DNA of 56,189 nt from a bacterium (GTDB lineage: Bacteria > Desulfobacterota > DSWW01). Shown piece by piece: positions 1-9,070 of the stretch. Every line of letters begins with the position of its first letter. The stretch's first letter is position 1. The position numbers were made by a program, and so were the translations under genes. The notes under the pieces are model-generated. The model was given only the letters and a program-made list of their open reading frames with translations, ran no database searches and was not told the DNA's origin. The DNA lies in contig JBFLZG010000152.1 in NCBI GenBank assembly GCA_040756235.1, positions 1 through 56,189 on the forward strand, written 5' to 3'.

Positions 1-109
1 TCCGCATGGTCCCCGTCCCGGGATCCCCCGGAACGCTCGAAGCCTACGAGGGCACGGCCTGGCAGGAGAGCAATCTCCGCATGGTCCCCGTCCCGGGATC
101 CCCCGGAAC
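1..109. repeat. Two identical 34-bp direct repeats with 75-bp period (possible end of a CRISPR-like array)
   Basis: TCCGCATGGTCCCCGTCCCGGGATCCCCCGGAAC at 1-34 (cut by the window edge) and 76-109, separated by 41 nt of unique sequence. Only two copies visible; no cas genes in the window. Confidence 0.6.
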
Positions 110-145
110 AGAGGGATTCCCGCCTTCGAGGCTGCGTCATATTTC

Positions 146-414
146 GTCATCCCGGCCCGGTTGCGGAGCGCGCGGGAGCCGGGATCCAGAAGAGTGTACC
201 CAGACCAGCTGCAGGAACCGGGTGCAGGGACTGGATTCCGGCCCCTGCCCCGGACTCCGATCCGGGGTTCGCCGGAATGACGGAAAGTATGTGGCCGCAC
301 CGCTGAGTCCTCCGGAATGAGTGGCCGCATGAGGGTTTGACCGGCTTATGACACAGCCTCTTGCGCGGGAATGGCGGCCTATCAGCACACAGCCTCGTCC
401 GCGGGAATGGCGGG
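146..414. repeat. Cluster of REP-like palindromic repeats
   Basis: CGTCATCCCGGC...CCGGGATCCAG (146-189) is inverted relative to CTGGATTCCGG...GCCGGAATGACG (231-282). ACACAGCCTC..GCGGGAATGGCGG occurs twice, at 351 and 387. Confidence 0.65.
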
Positions 415-446
415 CTGTTCATGAGGCAGCCTCCTGGGCCGCGCTT

Positions 447-1127
447 TCAGGCCTCCAGGACCAGGTCCCGCCACTCCTTGCTGAAGGACTTGACGCCGCC
501 CCGTTCGCCGTTGGCCCCCTCCCAGGCCGCGAACCCGACCGCAACGGTCTGGCCCGGGGCCAGGTTGACGGCCTCCTCCCGGACCTGGAGGGGACGGCCC
601 ATGACCACCCGCCAGCTGCCGTTCTCCCAGCTCGAGCTGGAGACGAGGGGCGTCGTCTCCGTGTAGATCGAGGTGGACAGGCCGTGCGCGACCTGGTTCT
701 TGGGCCTGTTGTCGAAGTCCGGCCTCCAGTACCAGGAGTTGGTGGGGAAGTCCTTGGATCCCATCTCCTTGATCTGGGTCTGGCCCGGGTCCTTGAATGG
801 GAGCAGGACCGCTACCGCATCCGGGAAGGTGCCCACGTCCCCGATCTGGTAGTTGGGGGCCGGGCTCTTCCACTCGAAGAAGAAGAAAATCTCCTTGCCG
901 TTGTGGAGAGCCCTGACCGAGACCTCCTTGACCGCGCCGATCTTGGTCTCGTCGTAGGTCGCCTTGATGTAGGGCGACGGCTGGTTGGCCAGAGGGGTCG
1001 CGGTCATGTCGATGCGCAGGGCCGGAGCATACGCCCAGGCGGAGGACTTGGGGTCGAGCAGTTCCTGCCCGGAAGCCGAGACCTTCTTCACCACGACCTT
1101 TTCCATTTTCTGGGTTCCTTCGGGCAT
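447..1127 (-). CDS. Heme b gamma subunit of an ethylbenzene dehydrogenase / steroid C25 dehydrogenase-type enzyme (EbdC-like)
   Basis: 226 aa with FPDAVAV, KEMG and AAWEGANGERGGVK motifs, matching the Met/Lys heme ligation of EbdC-like subunits; lies just downstream of the alpha subunit. Confidence 0.85.
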   Translation of the reverse strand: MPEGTQKMEKVVVKKVSASGQELLDPKSSAWAYAPALRIDMTATPLANQPSPYIKATYDETKIGAVKEVSVRALHNGKEIFFFFEWKSPAPNYQIGDVGTFPDAVAVLLPFKDPGQTQIKEMGSKDFPTNSWYWRPDFDNRPKNQVAHGLSTSIYTETTPLVSSSSWENGSWRVVMGRPLQVREEAVNLAPGQTVAVGFAAWEGANGERGGVKSFSKEWRDLVLEA

Positions 1128-1144
1128 GTTCGATGCCTCCTATT

Positions 1145-1297
1145 GAGGCTGTCCCAAAACGCCCATCTGCGGCGTTGCGCTCATCCCTCGTCATTGCGGC
1201 GTACTGCGATGTACGCCTCATTCCTCGGAATTTCGCGCGCCTTGCATCTGGGCATTTTTGAACAGCCTCTGAGTCGAGCCTGTTGGGACAGGCTCTA
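1145..1297. mobile_element. MITE-like dispersed repeat, copy 1
   Basis: GAGGCTGTCCCAAAACGCCCATCTGCGGCG...GCATTTTTGAACAGCCTC followed by the hairpin GAGCCTGTTGGGACAGGCTC; near-identical to 18730-18883. Confidence 0.8.
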
Positions 1298-1318
1298 TCC
1301 TTCTCTTCAGCTCGCGCG

Positions 1319-4231
1319 TCACGCCTTCTGCACGTCTACGGCGATGGCCCGGTCGATCGGCTGCAGGCACCAGTTCCACCGGTAGTAATTGAGGTGGCCG
1401 TAGTCGCCTGCCAGGTCGAGCCACTTGATGAGCCCCGGGATGGCGGCGTCGTAACTCTTCCAGTTCTTGAACATGAACGGCTCCCACGCGTGATAGACGA
1501 TGACCTGGCCGGGCCCCGCCCCCCTGCCGGGCCGCGCCGAAGGCGTGGTCTTCACGTGGATGTGGAACTGGTCGAAGTCGTTGAAGACCCGCACGAGGTC
1601 GCCGTCCTTGATGCCCCGCTTGTCCGCGTCCTCGGGGTTCATGAACATGAAGGGCCGCCCCTGGTGGGTCCGGAGGAGCTGATCGTCCGTGATCCAGATC
1701 GAGTGGATGCTCCAGCGCTGGTGGCCGCTCGTCATGGTGAGCGGGTAATCGCCGCCCATCTTGGGGTTCGCCTTGTGCACCGGCAGCCCCTCGCCCGCCT
1801 CCAGGAACCAGGGGTGGTCGATGTAGAACTGGATGCGCCGGTTGTAGGTCGGATAGGGCAGCTTCTTGGCGCCGGTGTGCCAGGTGAGCGGAATGATCGG
1901 CTCGTCGGGCTTGATGTCCGTGGCCAGGTGCATGGTGATGGCATCGAAGATGGAGAGGCCGACGAACCGGACGATCCCTTCATCCCGCATCTTCTTGAGA
2001 TCCGTCCCGGGCGGCAGGTTCCCGATCATGACGCTCGTCTCCAGGGCGTCCTCCATGACTTCGTCGATGCTCCTGCACCCCAGGGACTGCTTTTCCCCCA
2101 GGTCGTCCAGGTCGATCTCCTTGCCCCGCCGGGTCCTGAACTTGGTCTTGCCGCGCGTTTTGGCGACTTGCTCGATCTTCTGGGCGAGGAGCCAGCAGAT
2201 CTCCCACTCGTTCTTTGCCTCCCCGGGCGGCTCCACGGCCTTGTCGGTGATCGTGAGCCACGGGATGTGCGGGGTGGGGAAGCGGGTGTCGAGCTTCTCG
2301 TAGAACCCGGCGCAGGGCAGGGCGTAATCCGACTGGAGGAGAGTCGTGGTCCAGCGCGTCTCGAAGCCGAAGATGAGCTTGTACTTGCTCCAGAGGCTCG
2401 GCAGGATGTTGCGGTTCCAGCCGCGGTTCTTGCGCGCCGGGTTCGTGCCCATGTAGAAGTAGACCCGCGGGATCTGGTCCTGGTACGGCAGGGCGAAGCC
2501 GTCCCACCAGCCTTTCTCCAGCGCCTCCTTCATGTAGTCGGGGAACTCGCGTTTCATGCTGGGGCAGTGCCACTCGCGCCGGTCCCAGGTCTCCTTGTAG
2601 CCCGAGTGGAAGTAGTACAGGAAGGCCGGCGGGGTGTAGCTGAAGTCTTCCCGGTTCCGCACCCGCTCCAGGCGGACCGCCAGCATCTCGTCCGTCAGGG
2701 TCGGGTCCTTGTCCTTGTACTGGTTCGTGATGCGCTTGTCGTGGGCAAGGTGGAGGGTCGTGGCCATCTTGCCCTTCTTGGGCTTGAAGCTGTGGAACAG
2801 GGCGCCGTCGAACAGGGACTCGTTCCAGCCCCGGATGCCGCTCCCTTTCTTGCCGTAGCTGCCCGTGAGCGCCAGGACCAGGCACATGACCCGCTCGATC
2901 AGGTCCCCGTGGTAATACTTGCAGGCGTTCCATCCCACCATCACCTGGATGTGGCCCTGCGCCTTGGCGCACTGGTCGGCGAGCCTGCGGATCGTGTCCG
3001 GGTGGGTGCCGCACAGCCTGGATGCCGCTTCCGGCGTATATTCCCGATTGAGCAGGTCCTTCAGCAGGCTGAAGACCGGCCGTACCGGGGCGGTCTGGCC
3101 GTCGAGGAGCGTCACCGTGAAGGCGCCTTCGAGGGCGGGGTCCAGGGGAAGCCTGAGCGTATCCAGGGGCGCGAGCACGGCCTTCCCGGTCGCCTGGTCC
3201 CAGTAGCAGAGCTGGTCGTCGCGGCCGTCCTTGACGATGTCGGCGGCGCGCAGGAAGCGCTGGTTGTCGAGGCGCACGAGCAGCGGAAGGTCGGTCTGCT
3301 CCTTCACGAACGCCTTGTCGATCAGGCCCTTGTCGATGAGCACCTGGCACACGGCGAGCCCCAGGGCCGCGTCGCCGCCCGGCTCGACCGGCACGTACTC
3401 GTCGGCGTGAATGGCGCTCGGCGAGTAGTCCGGCGCGATCGTGACGATCTGGGCCCCGTTGTAGCGCGCCGCCGAGATGAAGTGGTAGCAGGGGATGCGC
3501 GTGTAGACCGGGTTCATGTGCCAGATGAGCAGGAGCTTGCCGAAGAACCAGCCGTCCGCGGAATCCATGAACTGGAACTTGCCTATGGTCTCGAAGATCC
3601 CACGGTTGAAGTCGCCGATGGTGGAGTCGAGGTCCAGGCCGACGCCGCCCAGGAAGGTCGTCAGCCGGAGCGTCGGGATGAGGTTTACGTAGCCGCCGTT
3701 GCCCGGGCCGGTCTCGCAGATGATCGACTCCGGCCCCTGCTCTTCCAGGGCGTCGACGATCCCTTCGGCGATCCCGGTGAGCGCCTCGTCCCAGCTCACC
3801 CGCTTCCACTTGCCGCTGCCCCGCTCGCCCACGCGCTTCATGGGGTACTTCAGCCGGTCCGGGTTGTACATCATGTGGCTGTAGAAGGCGCCCTTCTGGC
3901 AGCCCCGCGGGTTGAAGTCCGGCCCGCTCGGGTCCACCACCGGGTACTTGGCCGCCTGCTCCTCCCGGAGCACGACGCCGTCTTTGGTGTAGATGCGCCA
4001 GAGACAGTTGCCGGGATAGCAGTCCACGAGGTGCGTGCCGAAGGTGGCTTTGTCCCAGGTCCACTCCTTGCGGTGCAGGTCCTCCCACTTGCCGTAGTCC
4101 CAGTCCTCGAAGATCTTCTGCGAGGCGTAAGCCCTGCCGCCCAGCACGCCCAGATGGGACAGGGACAGCGCCAGGGCGCCGGCTCCCGTCGCCTGAAGAA
4201 GCTGCCTGCGGGTCAGTGTTACTTCCTCCAT
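1319..4231 (-). CDS. Molybdopterin oxidoreductase catalytic alpha subunit, DMSO reductase family type II (ethylbenzene dehydrogenase / steroid C25 dehydrogenase-like)
   Basis: 970 aa; Tat signal TLTRRQLL; FS0 motif GTHLVDCYPGNC...PRGCQKG; probable Asp Mo ligand in STIGDF; C-terminal HQRWSIHS molybdopterin-binding region. Confidence 0.9.
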   Translation of the reverse strand: MEEVTLTRRQLLQATGAGALALSLSHLGVLGGRAYASQKIFEDWDYGKWEDLHRKEWTWDKATFGTHLVDCYPGNCLWRIYTKDGVVLREEQAAKYPVVDPSGPDFNPRGCQKGAFYSHMMYNPDRLKYPMKRVGERGSGKWKRVSWDEALTGIAEGIVDALEEQGPESIICETGPGNGGYVNLIPTLRLTTFLGGVGLDLDSTIGDFNRGIFETIGKFQFMDSADGWFFGKLLLIWHMNPVYTRIPCYHFISAARYNGAQIVTIAPDYSPSAIHADEYVPVEPGGDAALGLAVCQVLIDKGLIDKAFVKEQTDLPLLVRLDNQRFLRAADIVKDGRDDQLCYWDQATGKAVLAPLDTLRLPLDPALEGAFTVTLLDGQTAPVRPVFSLLKDLLNREYTPEAASRLCGTHPDTIRRLADQCAKAQGHIQVMVGWNACKYYHGDLIERVMCLVLALTGSYGKKGSGIRGWNESLFDGALFHSFKPKKGKMATTLHLAHDKRITNQYKDKDPTLTDEMLAVRLERVRNREDFSYTPPAFLYYFHSGYKETWDRREWHCPSMKREFPDYMKEALEKGWWDGFALPYQDQIPRVYFYMGTNPARKNRGWNRNILPSLWSKYKLIFGFETRWTTTLLQSDYALPCAGFYEKLDTRFPTPHIPWLTITDKAVEPPGEAKNEWEICWLLAQKIEQVAKTRGKTKFRTRRGKEIDLDDLGEKQSLGCRSIDEVMEDALETSVMIGNLPPGTDLKKMRDEGIVRFVGLSIFDAITMHLATDIKPDEPIIPLTWHTGAKKLPYPTYNRRIQFYIDHPWFLEAGEGLPVHKANPKMGGDYPLTMTSGHQRWSIHSIWITDDQLLRTHQGRPFMFMNPEDADKRGIKDGDLVRVFNDFDQFHIHVKTTPSARPGRGAGPGQVIVYHAWEPFMFKNWKSYDAAIPGLIKWLDLAGDYGHLNYYRWNWCLQPIDRAIAVDVQKA

Positions 4232-4248
4232 CCATCGCCTCCTTTGCT

Positions 4249-4374
4249 AGAGGCTGTCGATAAACGGCCATCTGCGGCGTTCGGCTCGCCCTTCGTCACT
4301 GCGGCGTACCGCCAGTACGCCTCATTCCTCAGGACTTCGCCTGCCTTGCATCTGGCCATTTCTTGCCAGCCTCT
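4249..4374. mobile_element. MITE-like dispersed repeat, copy 2
   Basis: (CT)AGAGGCTGTCGATAAACGGCCATCTGCGGCG...GCCAGCCTCT, homologous to copy 1. Confidence 0.8.
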
Positions 4375-4397
4375 CAAGAGGGTATTTTTCGAAACCC

Positions 4398-4664
4398 TCA
4401 CTTCATTGGTGGAGTCGGGGGATCACAAGGGCAGAGCCGAATCGCGTCCCAGGGACACCCGAGAATGCGAGCACCACGGGGCCCGCGGGCCACACAGGAT
4501 CCGCATCCGGTGCAGGCAGCGGGGTCGACCTGCGCGCGCTTGAAGGGGAAGCTGTCGCGGTCGTCCACGAGCCGGAGGGCGTCCTGCGGACAGAAGATCC
4601 TGCACACGGGCGTGCCCGCGCATCCGCTGCAGCGTTCGGTGACGACGGCGGCTCTCTTCTTCAT
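4398..4664 (-). CDS. Small 2x[4Fe-4S] ferredoxin-like protein
   Basis: CSGCAGTPVCRIFCP and CTGCGSC...GCPWDAI cysteine motifs. Confidence 0.8.
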   Translation of the reverse strand: MKKRAAVVTERCSGCAGTPVCRIFCPQDALRLVDDRDSFPFKRAQVDPAACTGCGSCVARGPRGARILGCPWDAIRLCPCDPPTPPMK

Positions 4665-4797
4665 TCTAAATTCCAACTTTCCCTACTCTTCTTCTCTTCC
4701 TCATTCTCTTCTTCCCCTCTTTAATCTCCCCCCCCTTTGAAAAAGACGGGTCAGGGGGGATCTTCCTCGCCTCCATCTTTCACCCTTCTTCACCCCG

Positions 4798-5454
4798 TCA
4801 CCCCACCTCGATGTAGGCCTTCTTGGCCTCGAACTCCTGGGCCGTGTACACGATGCGCGTGTCCACCGCGAGCATGCCTTCCGTATCCAGGCTGATCTTC
4901 AGCCGGTCCAGGGGCCTGGGCGCGGGGCCGGCAAACTCCTTGCCGTCGGAATGGAACTCGCTCCCGTGGCACGGACATTTGAAGATCCTGAGATTCGGGA
5001 ACCAGTTGACCGTGCAGCCGAGGTGCGTGCAGCGTGCATAGAGAGCGTAGATCCGTCTGGCCTCCCTCACGACGAAGAAGCGGTGCTCCTGCTTGAAGCG
5101 GCTCTCCACCAGGATGATCCCGTACGGGTCGGGCTGCTCGGTGGAGACGAAATCCTCGACCCGGCCGATCTGAAACACGCTGGGAGGATGAAAGACGACG
5201 GAAGGATAGAAGAAGCGCACGGCCTGGTAGGCGCCGCCCGCCGCGCAGGCGAAGAACGCCCCCCAGCCGACCACCGAGATTCCCCTGTGGAGGAATTCCC
5301 GGCGCGAACGGCTCACTTTCTCGCGCCCGGTCGCTGCCGCGGCGACCGCCGTTCCGGTTGCCGCCCGATCTTGTTCTTCCTTCTGATCCCGCGAGGCCGG
5401 ATGGAAGGCCGTGTCCTCCTCGTCGAGCGGGATGATCACGGGCTCCTTGCTCAT
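4798..5454 (-). CDS. Rieske [2Fe-2S] protein of cytochrome bc/b6f type
   Basis: SRREFL Tat-like motif plus hydrophobic helix; CTHLGC and CPCHGS boxes; GPAPRPL. Start MSKEPV overlaps the merR stop (ATGA). Confidence 0.9.
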   Translation of the reverse strand: MSKEPVIIPLDEEDTAFHPASRDQKEEQDRAATGTAVAAAATGREKVSRSRREFLHRGISVVGWGAFFACAAGGAYQAVRFFYPSVVFHPPSVFQIGRVEDFVSTEQPDPYGIILVESRFKQEHRFFVVREARRIYALYARCTHLGCTVNWFPNLRIFKCPCHGSEFHSDGKEFAGPAPRPLDRLKISLDTEGMLAVDTRIVYTAQEFEAKKAYIEVG

Positions 5455-6161
5455 GCGAGCTCCTTCAGGATCCTTCGAATCATGCGGCGGTGCAGGATCG
5501 GGATCATCTTGTTCAGGATGGCGACCGCGCCTTGGGCGATGGTGGAGACCCGGTCCGCGGGAAGGCCCTTCTGCGCGACTCTCTTCGTGAACAGCTCGAT
5601 CTCCTTGCGAGCCATGAACTCGATCAGGTCCGCGTGGATCCTCAGATCTTCCACCTGGAACTCGAGCTCCTCGGTGAGACCGCTGCCGCGAAGCTCGGCC
5701 GTCGTCTCTGCGATGAGGATGCTCTCCCGGTCGAACCGTCCGTCTCCGTCCGCCTGGATGATGCCGATCGATTCCAGGCCCTGGACGTCCTTGGGCTGGA
5801 TGCCGAGATGGGAGGCGAGCTCTTCCCGTGTCATGGGGTTGCAGGGCGGTGAGTCGGGGAGCGCCTGGTCCTCGAAGAAGGGCTTGTCCATGTCCTTGAC
5901 GAGCCGCTTCTGCTCGCCGCTCAGGGAGAAATCCTTGGACTCGAGAAGCATCTTGATGATATTGAGCGGAAGGTAGCGCTTGGTCTGAAGCTCCTTGATC
6001 GCCCGGATGCGCTCGACGTAGCTTTGGTCGTAGTAGGCCATGTTCCGGTGGGTCTTGATCGGCCTGGGCAGGATCCCTTCCTGCACGTAATAGCGGATCG
6101 TCCCGCTGCTGACGCCCGTTGCCCGGGACAGGTCCTTCATCTTGAGCATCTTGTTCTTCAT
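5451..6161 (-). CDS. MerR-family transcriptional regulator
   Basis: N-terminal LKMKDLSRATGVSSGTIRYYVQEGIL helix-turn-helix, with a second HTH-like segment (MTREELASHLGI). Confidence 0.85.
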   Translation of the reverse strand: MKNKMLKMKDLSRATGVSSGTIRYYVQEGILPRPIKTHRNMAYYDQSYVERIRAIKELQTKRYLPLNIIKMLLESKDFSLSGEQKRLVKDMDKPFFEDQALPDSPPCNPMTREELASHLGIQPKDVQGLESIGIIQADGDGRFDRESILIAETTAELRGSGLTEELEFQVEDLRIHADLIEFMARKEIELFTKRVAQKGLPADRVSTIAQGAVAILNKMIPILHRRMIRRILKELA

Positions 6162-6343
6162 GAATCAGCGTCCGAATTGGCAGAGCGGTTCGCAGGAGCA
6201 TTTGCTGGAAAAGTTGCAAGTAAGGCTGTGCACTTTCATAGCAGGGAGTCGCCACCGTGTCAATGAAAAAGTTTGCCGGCAGCCGAATTGCAGAAGTCCG
6301 CGGCTCTTTCGGTTGATTGGCCGAAGTCATGGCGATTCAGAAG

Positions 6344-6373
6344 TTGACAGCTCTACTGATCAGTCACTAGGAT
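6344..6373 (+). promoter_or_regulatory. Sigma70-like promoter with a palindrome in the spacer
   Basis: TTGACA-N18-TAGGAT with the perfect palindrome ACTGATCAGT at 6355-6364. Confidence 0.5.
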
Positions 6374-6430
6374 GCCGGGGTGCAAGAAACAACGTTCTCG
6401 AGGGCTCGCGAAGAGGAAAGGAGCTGGACG

Positions 6431-6655
6431 ATGTCGACGAACCGGGGCTCCAGACGAAACCCGTTGTATTCCGCCGTCCTCTTTACCGTGCTGTACATCC
6501 TCGTCTCGAGCCTCTTCTATCGCTATTATCACGGCAGGCTCTATTTCCAGGACTTCTACAACTTCAATTGGTTCGAGTACGTGCTGGGTGCGGGTGCCAT
6601 GGGCGTGTGCGCCTTTCTCGCGGAGCTCGTGCGGAACCGAATCGGCAGGACCTGA
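6431..6655 (+). CDS. Small membrane protein with two predicted TM helices
   Basis: AGGAG Shine-Dalgarno before ATG 6431; two hydrophobic segments. Confidence 0.6.
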   Translation: MSTNRGSRRNPLYSAVLFTVLYILVSSLFYRYYHGRLYFQDFYNFNWFEYVLGAGAMGVCAFLAELVRNRIGRT

Positions 6656-6724
6656 CGCCGGAATCTAATCAGCACCGTTGCACACGGCAGGTCGCGAAGC
6701 GCGGCCGTCCAGACTATGTCACGG

Positions 6725-6880
6725 CAGGGTGGACTAAGCCGAAGGCGTGTCCACCAATCCCGTGAGCACTCGCAAACTATAACACGGTGAAGTGGAACGA
6801 ACCCCGGCGTATCCGCCACCCCGAAAACCGCAGGGGCTTCCACGGTAGGGTGGACAAAGCGCCAGCGTGTCCACCAATCC
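6725..6880. repeat. Two GTAG-type REP-like hairpins
   Basis: GCAGGGTGGACTAAGCCGAAGGCGTGTCCACCAATCC and GTAGGGTGGACAAAGCGCCAGCGTGTCCACCAATCC. Confidence 0.7.
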
Positions 6881-6918
6881 GAAGCCGCAGGTCTCGGTTT
6901 TCCAGAGGAGGTCCAGCG

Positions 6919-7860
6919 ATGAGCATTGTAGCGATCACGGGTGTGTCCAGCTATTTTGCCCAAGGACTGCTGCCGCTCCTCCAGGGGGACGTTCGGATCG
7001 AGAAGATCGTCGGATTCGACATCAAGCCGCCCCGGCGACCGGTTGCCAAGCTCGAGTTCCACCAGAAAGACGTGCGCGACCCCGGGATCGGCGCCCTGTT
7101 CGAGAAAGCCGACACCGTGGTCCACCTCGCGTTCATCGTGGACGAGCCGAAAGACAAGAGCGTGTCCCGCTCCATCAACGTGGAAGGATCGCGCAACGTG
7201 CTGCAGGCGATCGAAGGCAAGCCGGTGCGGAAGATCCTCTACACCAGTTCGATCGCCTCCTACGGCGCTCACCCGGACAATCCGCTCGACCTGACCGAGG
7301 ACCGACCCCTCAGGCCGACCGTGGACTGCTACTATTCCGTGGACAAGGTGGAAGTGGAGAAAGTGTTCGAGGAGTTCAAGAGCCGGCATCCGGAGATCCT
7401 ACTCACCATCTTCCGTCCGAGCCTCATCTTCGGTCCCAACACCCGGAACATGTTCAGCCAGATGTTCGAGTTCAAGGTGATGCCCACGCTGCTGGGCAAG
7501 GACCCGCCGATCCAATTCCTGCACGAGGAAGATCTCTCCAGGGCCCTGCACCAGGCCATCGTGGAAGACCATCCCGGCATCTTCAACATCGCCGGCAAGG
7601 ACCCCGTGCCCATGTCCAGGCTGATGCGGGCGATGGGATCCAGGGCGGTTCCCCTGCCTACCGGGCTGGTCAAGGCCGCGGCCAATCTGCTCTTCCGGCT
7701 CGGCAAGATGCCCTTCTCCCAGGCCTGGGTCTCCATGCAGGAGTACCCCGTCACCGTGAGCACGGCGAGATTCGAAAAAGAGTTCGGCTGGGCGCCGCGC
7801 TACAGCACGGAGGAGACCTTCCGCTCGTTCCTCGCCGTACGCGGCAAGGCGGCGGCTTGA
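6919..7860 (+). CDS. NAD-dependent epimerase/dehydratase (extended SDR)
   Basis: AITGVSSYFA, VVHLAF, YTSSIASYG and YSVDK (YxxxK) motifs; GAGGAGG SD. Confidence 0.85.
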   Translation: MSIVAITGVSSYFAQGLLPLLQGDVRIEKIVGFDIKPPRRPVAKLEFHQKDVRDPGIGALFEKADTVVHLAFIVDEPKDKSVSRSINVEGSRNVLQAIEGKPVRKILYTSSIASYGAHPDNPLDLTEDRPLRPTVDCYYSVDKVEVEKVFEEFKSRHPEILLTIFRPSLIFGPNTRNMFSQMFEFKVMPTLLGKDPPIQFLHEEDLSRALHQAIVEDHPGIFNIAGKDPVPMSRLMRAMGSRAVPLPTGLVKAAANLLFRLGKMPFSQAWVSMQEYPVTVSTARFEKEFGWAPRYSTEETFRSFLAVRGKAAA

Positions 7861-8142
7861 GGCCGTGGTTCACTTCTTTGCTGTTGTGAGTGGTATCGAT
7901 CTTCTCTCCCTTCTCCCCTCGCCCGAGGGGAGAAGGTTAGGATGAGGGGTGGATCGGCTCCTGTTGCCCCCTCACCCTGCCCCTGTCTTCCGTGGACTCT
8001 CTCCGGTGGACTCGCCACGGCGGTGACCCGCGAATCAGCTATCGGATGTTGCGAGTCACGCAGTGACGTGGCAATCTCCCGGACTACCGGCTGTCACCGC
8101 CACAGCGACCACCGAGCGACACACCACCCAGGAGCCGACACC

Positions 8143-8985
8143 ATGCCCTCTCGTTCCCCCATCGAGCGACACTACAATGCGCAGGGCGCAGGTCTCGTCG
8201 AGCGCGTCCTCGGCGCCCTCCGGGATGCAGGCAAGGACCCCGAATCCCTGACGCTCGACGACCTCGCCCCGATGGACGAGTTCCACATCCGTGGCCGGCA
8301 CGCGACCCGAGAGCTCGCCGCCATGGCTGGGATCTCGGCTGCCGACCGCGTGCTCGACGTGGGCTGCGGCATCGGCGGCCCGTCCCGCTATCTCGCGGGC
8401 ACCTTCGGCTGCGGCGTTACGGGCATGGACCTGGTGGAAGAGTACTGCCGCGTCGCGGAAGTGCTCGCCCGCGGGACCGGGTTGAAGGAGAGCGTGGAGT
8501 ACCGGCAGGGTGATGCTCTGGCCATGCCGTTCACCGACGGGGCCTTCGACGTGGCCTGGACCCAGCACTCCACCATGAACATCCAGGACAAGACCGGCCT
8601 CTACCGCGAGATCCGCCGCGTGCTCAAGCAAGGCGGCCGCCTCGCCATGTACGAGGTCGTGCAAGGGGCCGGCGGCGAGCTCCGTTACCCGGTTCCCTGG
8701 GCGCGAGATCCGTCCATCAGCTTCCTCATGACGGCAGCGGAAGTTCGGGAGACGCTCGAGCAGGCAGGGTTCCGCGTTTGCGAGTGGCAGGACGGGACCG
8801 CCACGGCGCTGGAGTGGTTCAGGGCCACGGTCGCGCGGCGCTCCGCCGGCGGCGATGCGCCCAAGCTCGGCCTGCACGCGGTGCTGGGCCCCGAGATCCG
8901 CCAGATGGGCATGAACATGGCCCTCAACCTGGAAGAGGGCCGCATCGGAGTCGCCCAGGCCGTCCTCCTGCGGCCTGAAGGCTGA
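8143..8985 (+). CDS. Class I SAM-dependent methyltransferase
   Basis: VLDVGCGIGG and MPFTDGAFD motifs. Confidence 0.9.
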   Translation: MPSRSPIERHYNAQGAGLVERVLGALRDAGKDPESLTLDDLAPMDEFHIRGRHATRELAAMAGISAADRVLDVGCGIGGPSRYLAGTFGCGVTGMDLVEEYCRVAEVLARGTGLKESVEYRQGDALAMPFTDGAFDVAWTQHSTMNIQDKTGLYREIRRVLKQGGRLAMYEVVQGAGGELRYPVPWARDPSISFLMTAAEVRETLEQAGFRVCEWQDGTATALEWFRATVARRSAGGDAPKLGLHAVLGPEIRQMGMNMALNLEEGRIGVAQAVLLRPEG

Positions 8986-9070
8986 TCATAAGGGGTCTCA
9001 GCGTCCCTTGGTGTCGGACAGGCAGCGTGGTATCCTGGGGCATCTCGAGAACCACACAGGGGTGTCTGCC

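Noticed and set aside
1283..4543. 1086-aa plus-strand ORF and similar long ORFs (42567-45293, 40241-42829, 52137-54290, 19975-21747)
   Set aside because: Antisense shadows of well-supported genes, expected in high-GC DNA; no recognisable motifs.
4798..6330. 510-aa ORF suggesting a long Rieske fusion
   Set aside because: The N-terminal part overlaps merR in another frame; the real start is 5454 (ATGA overlap).
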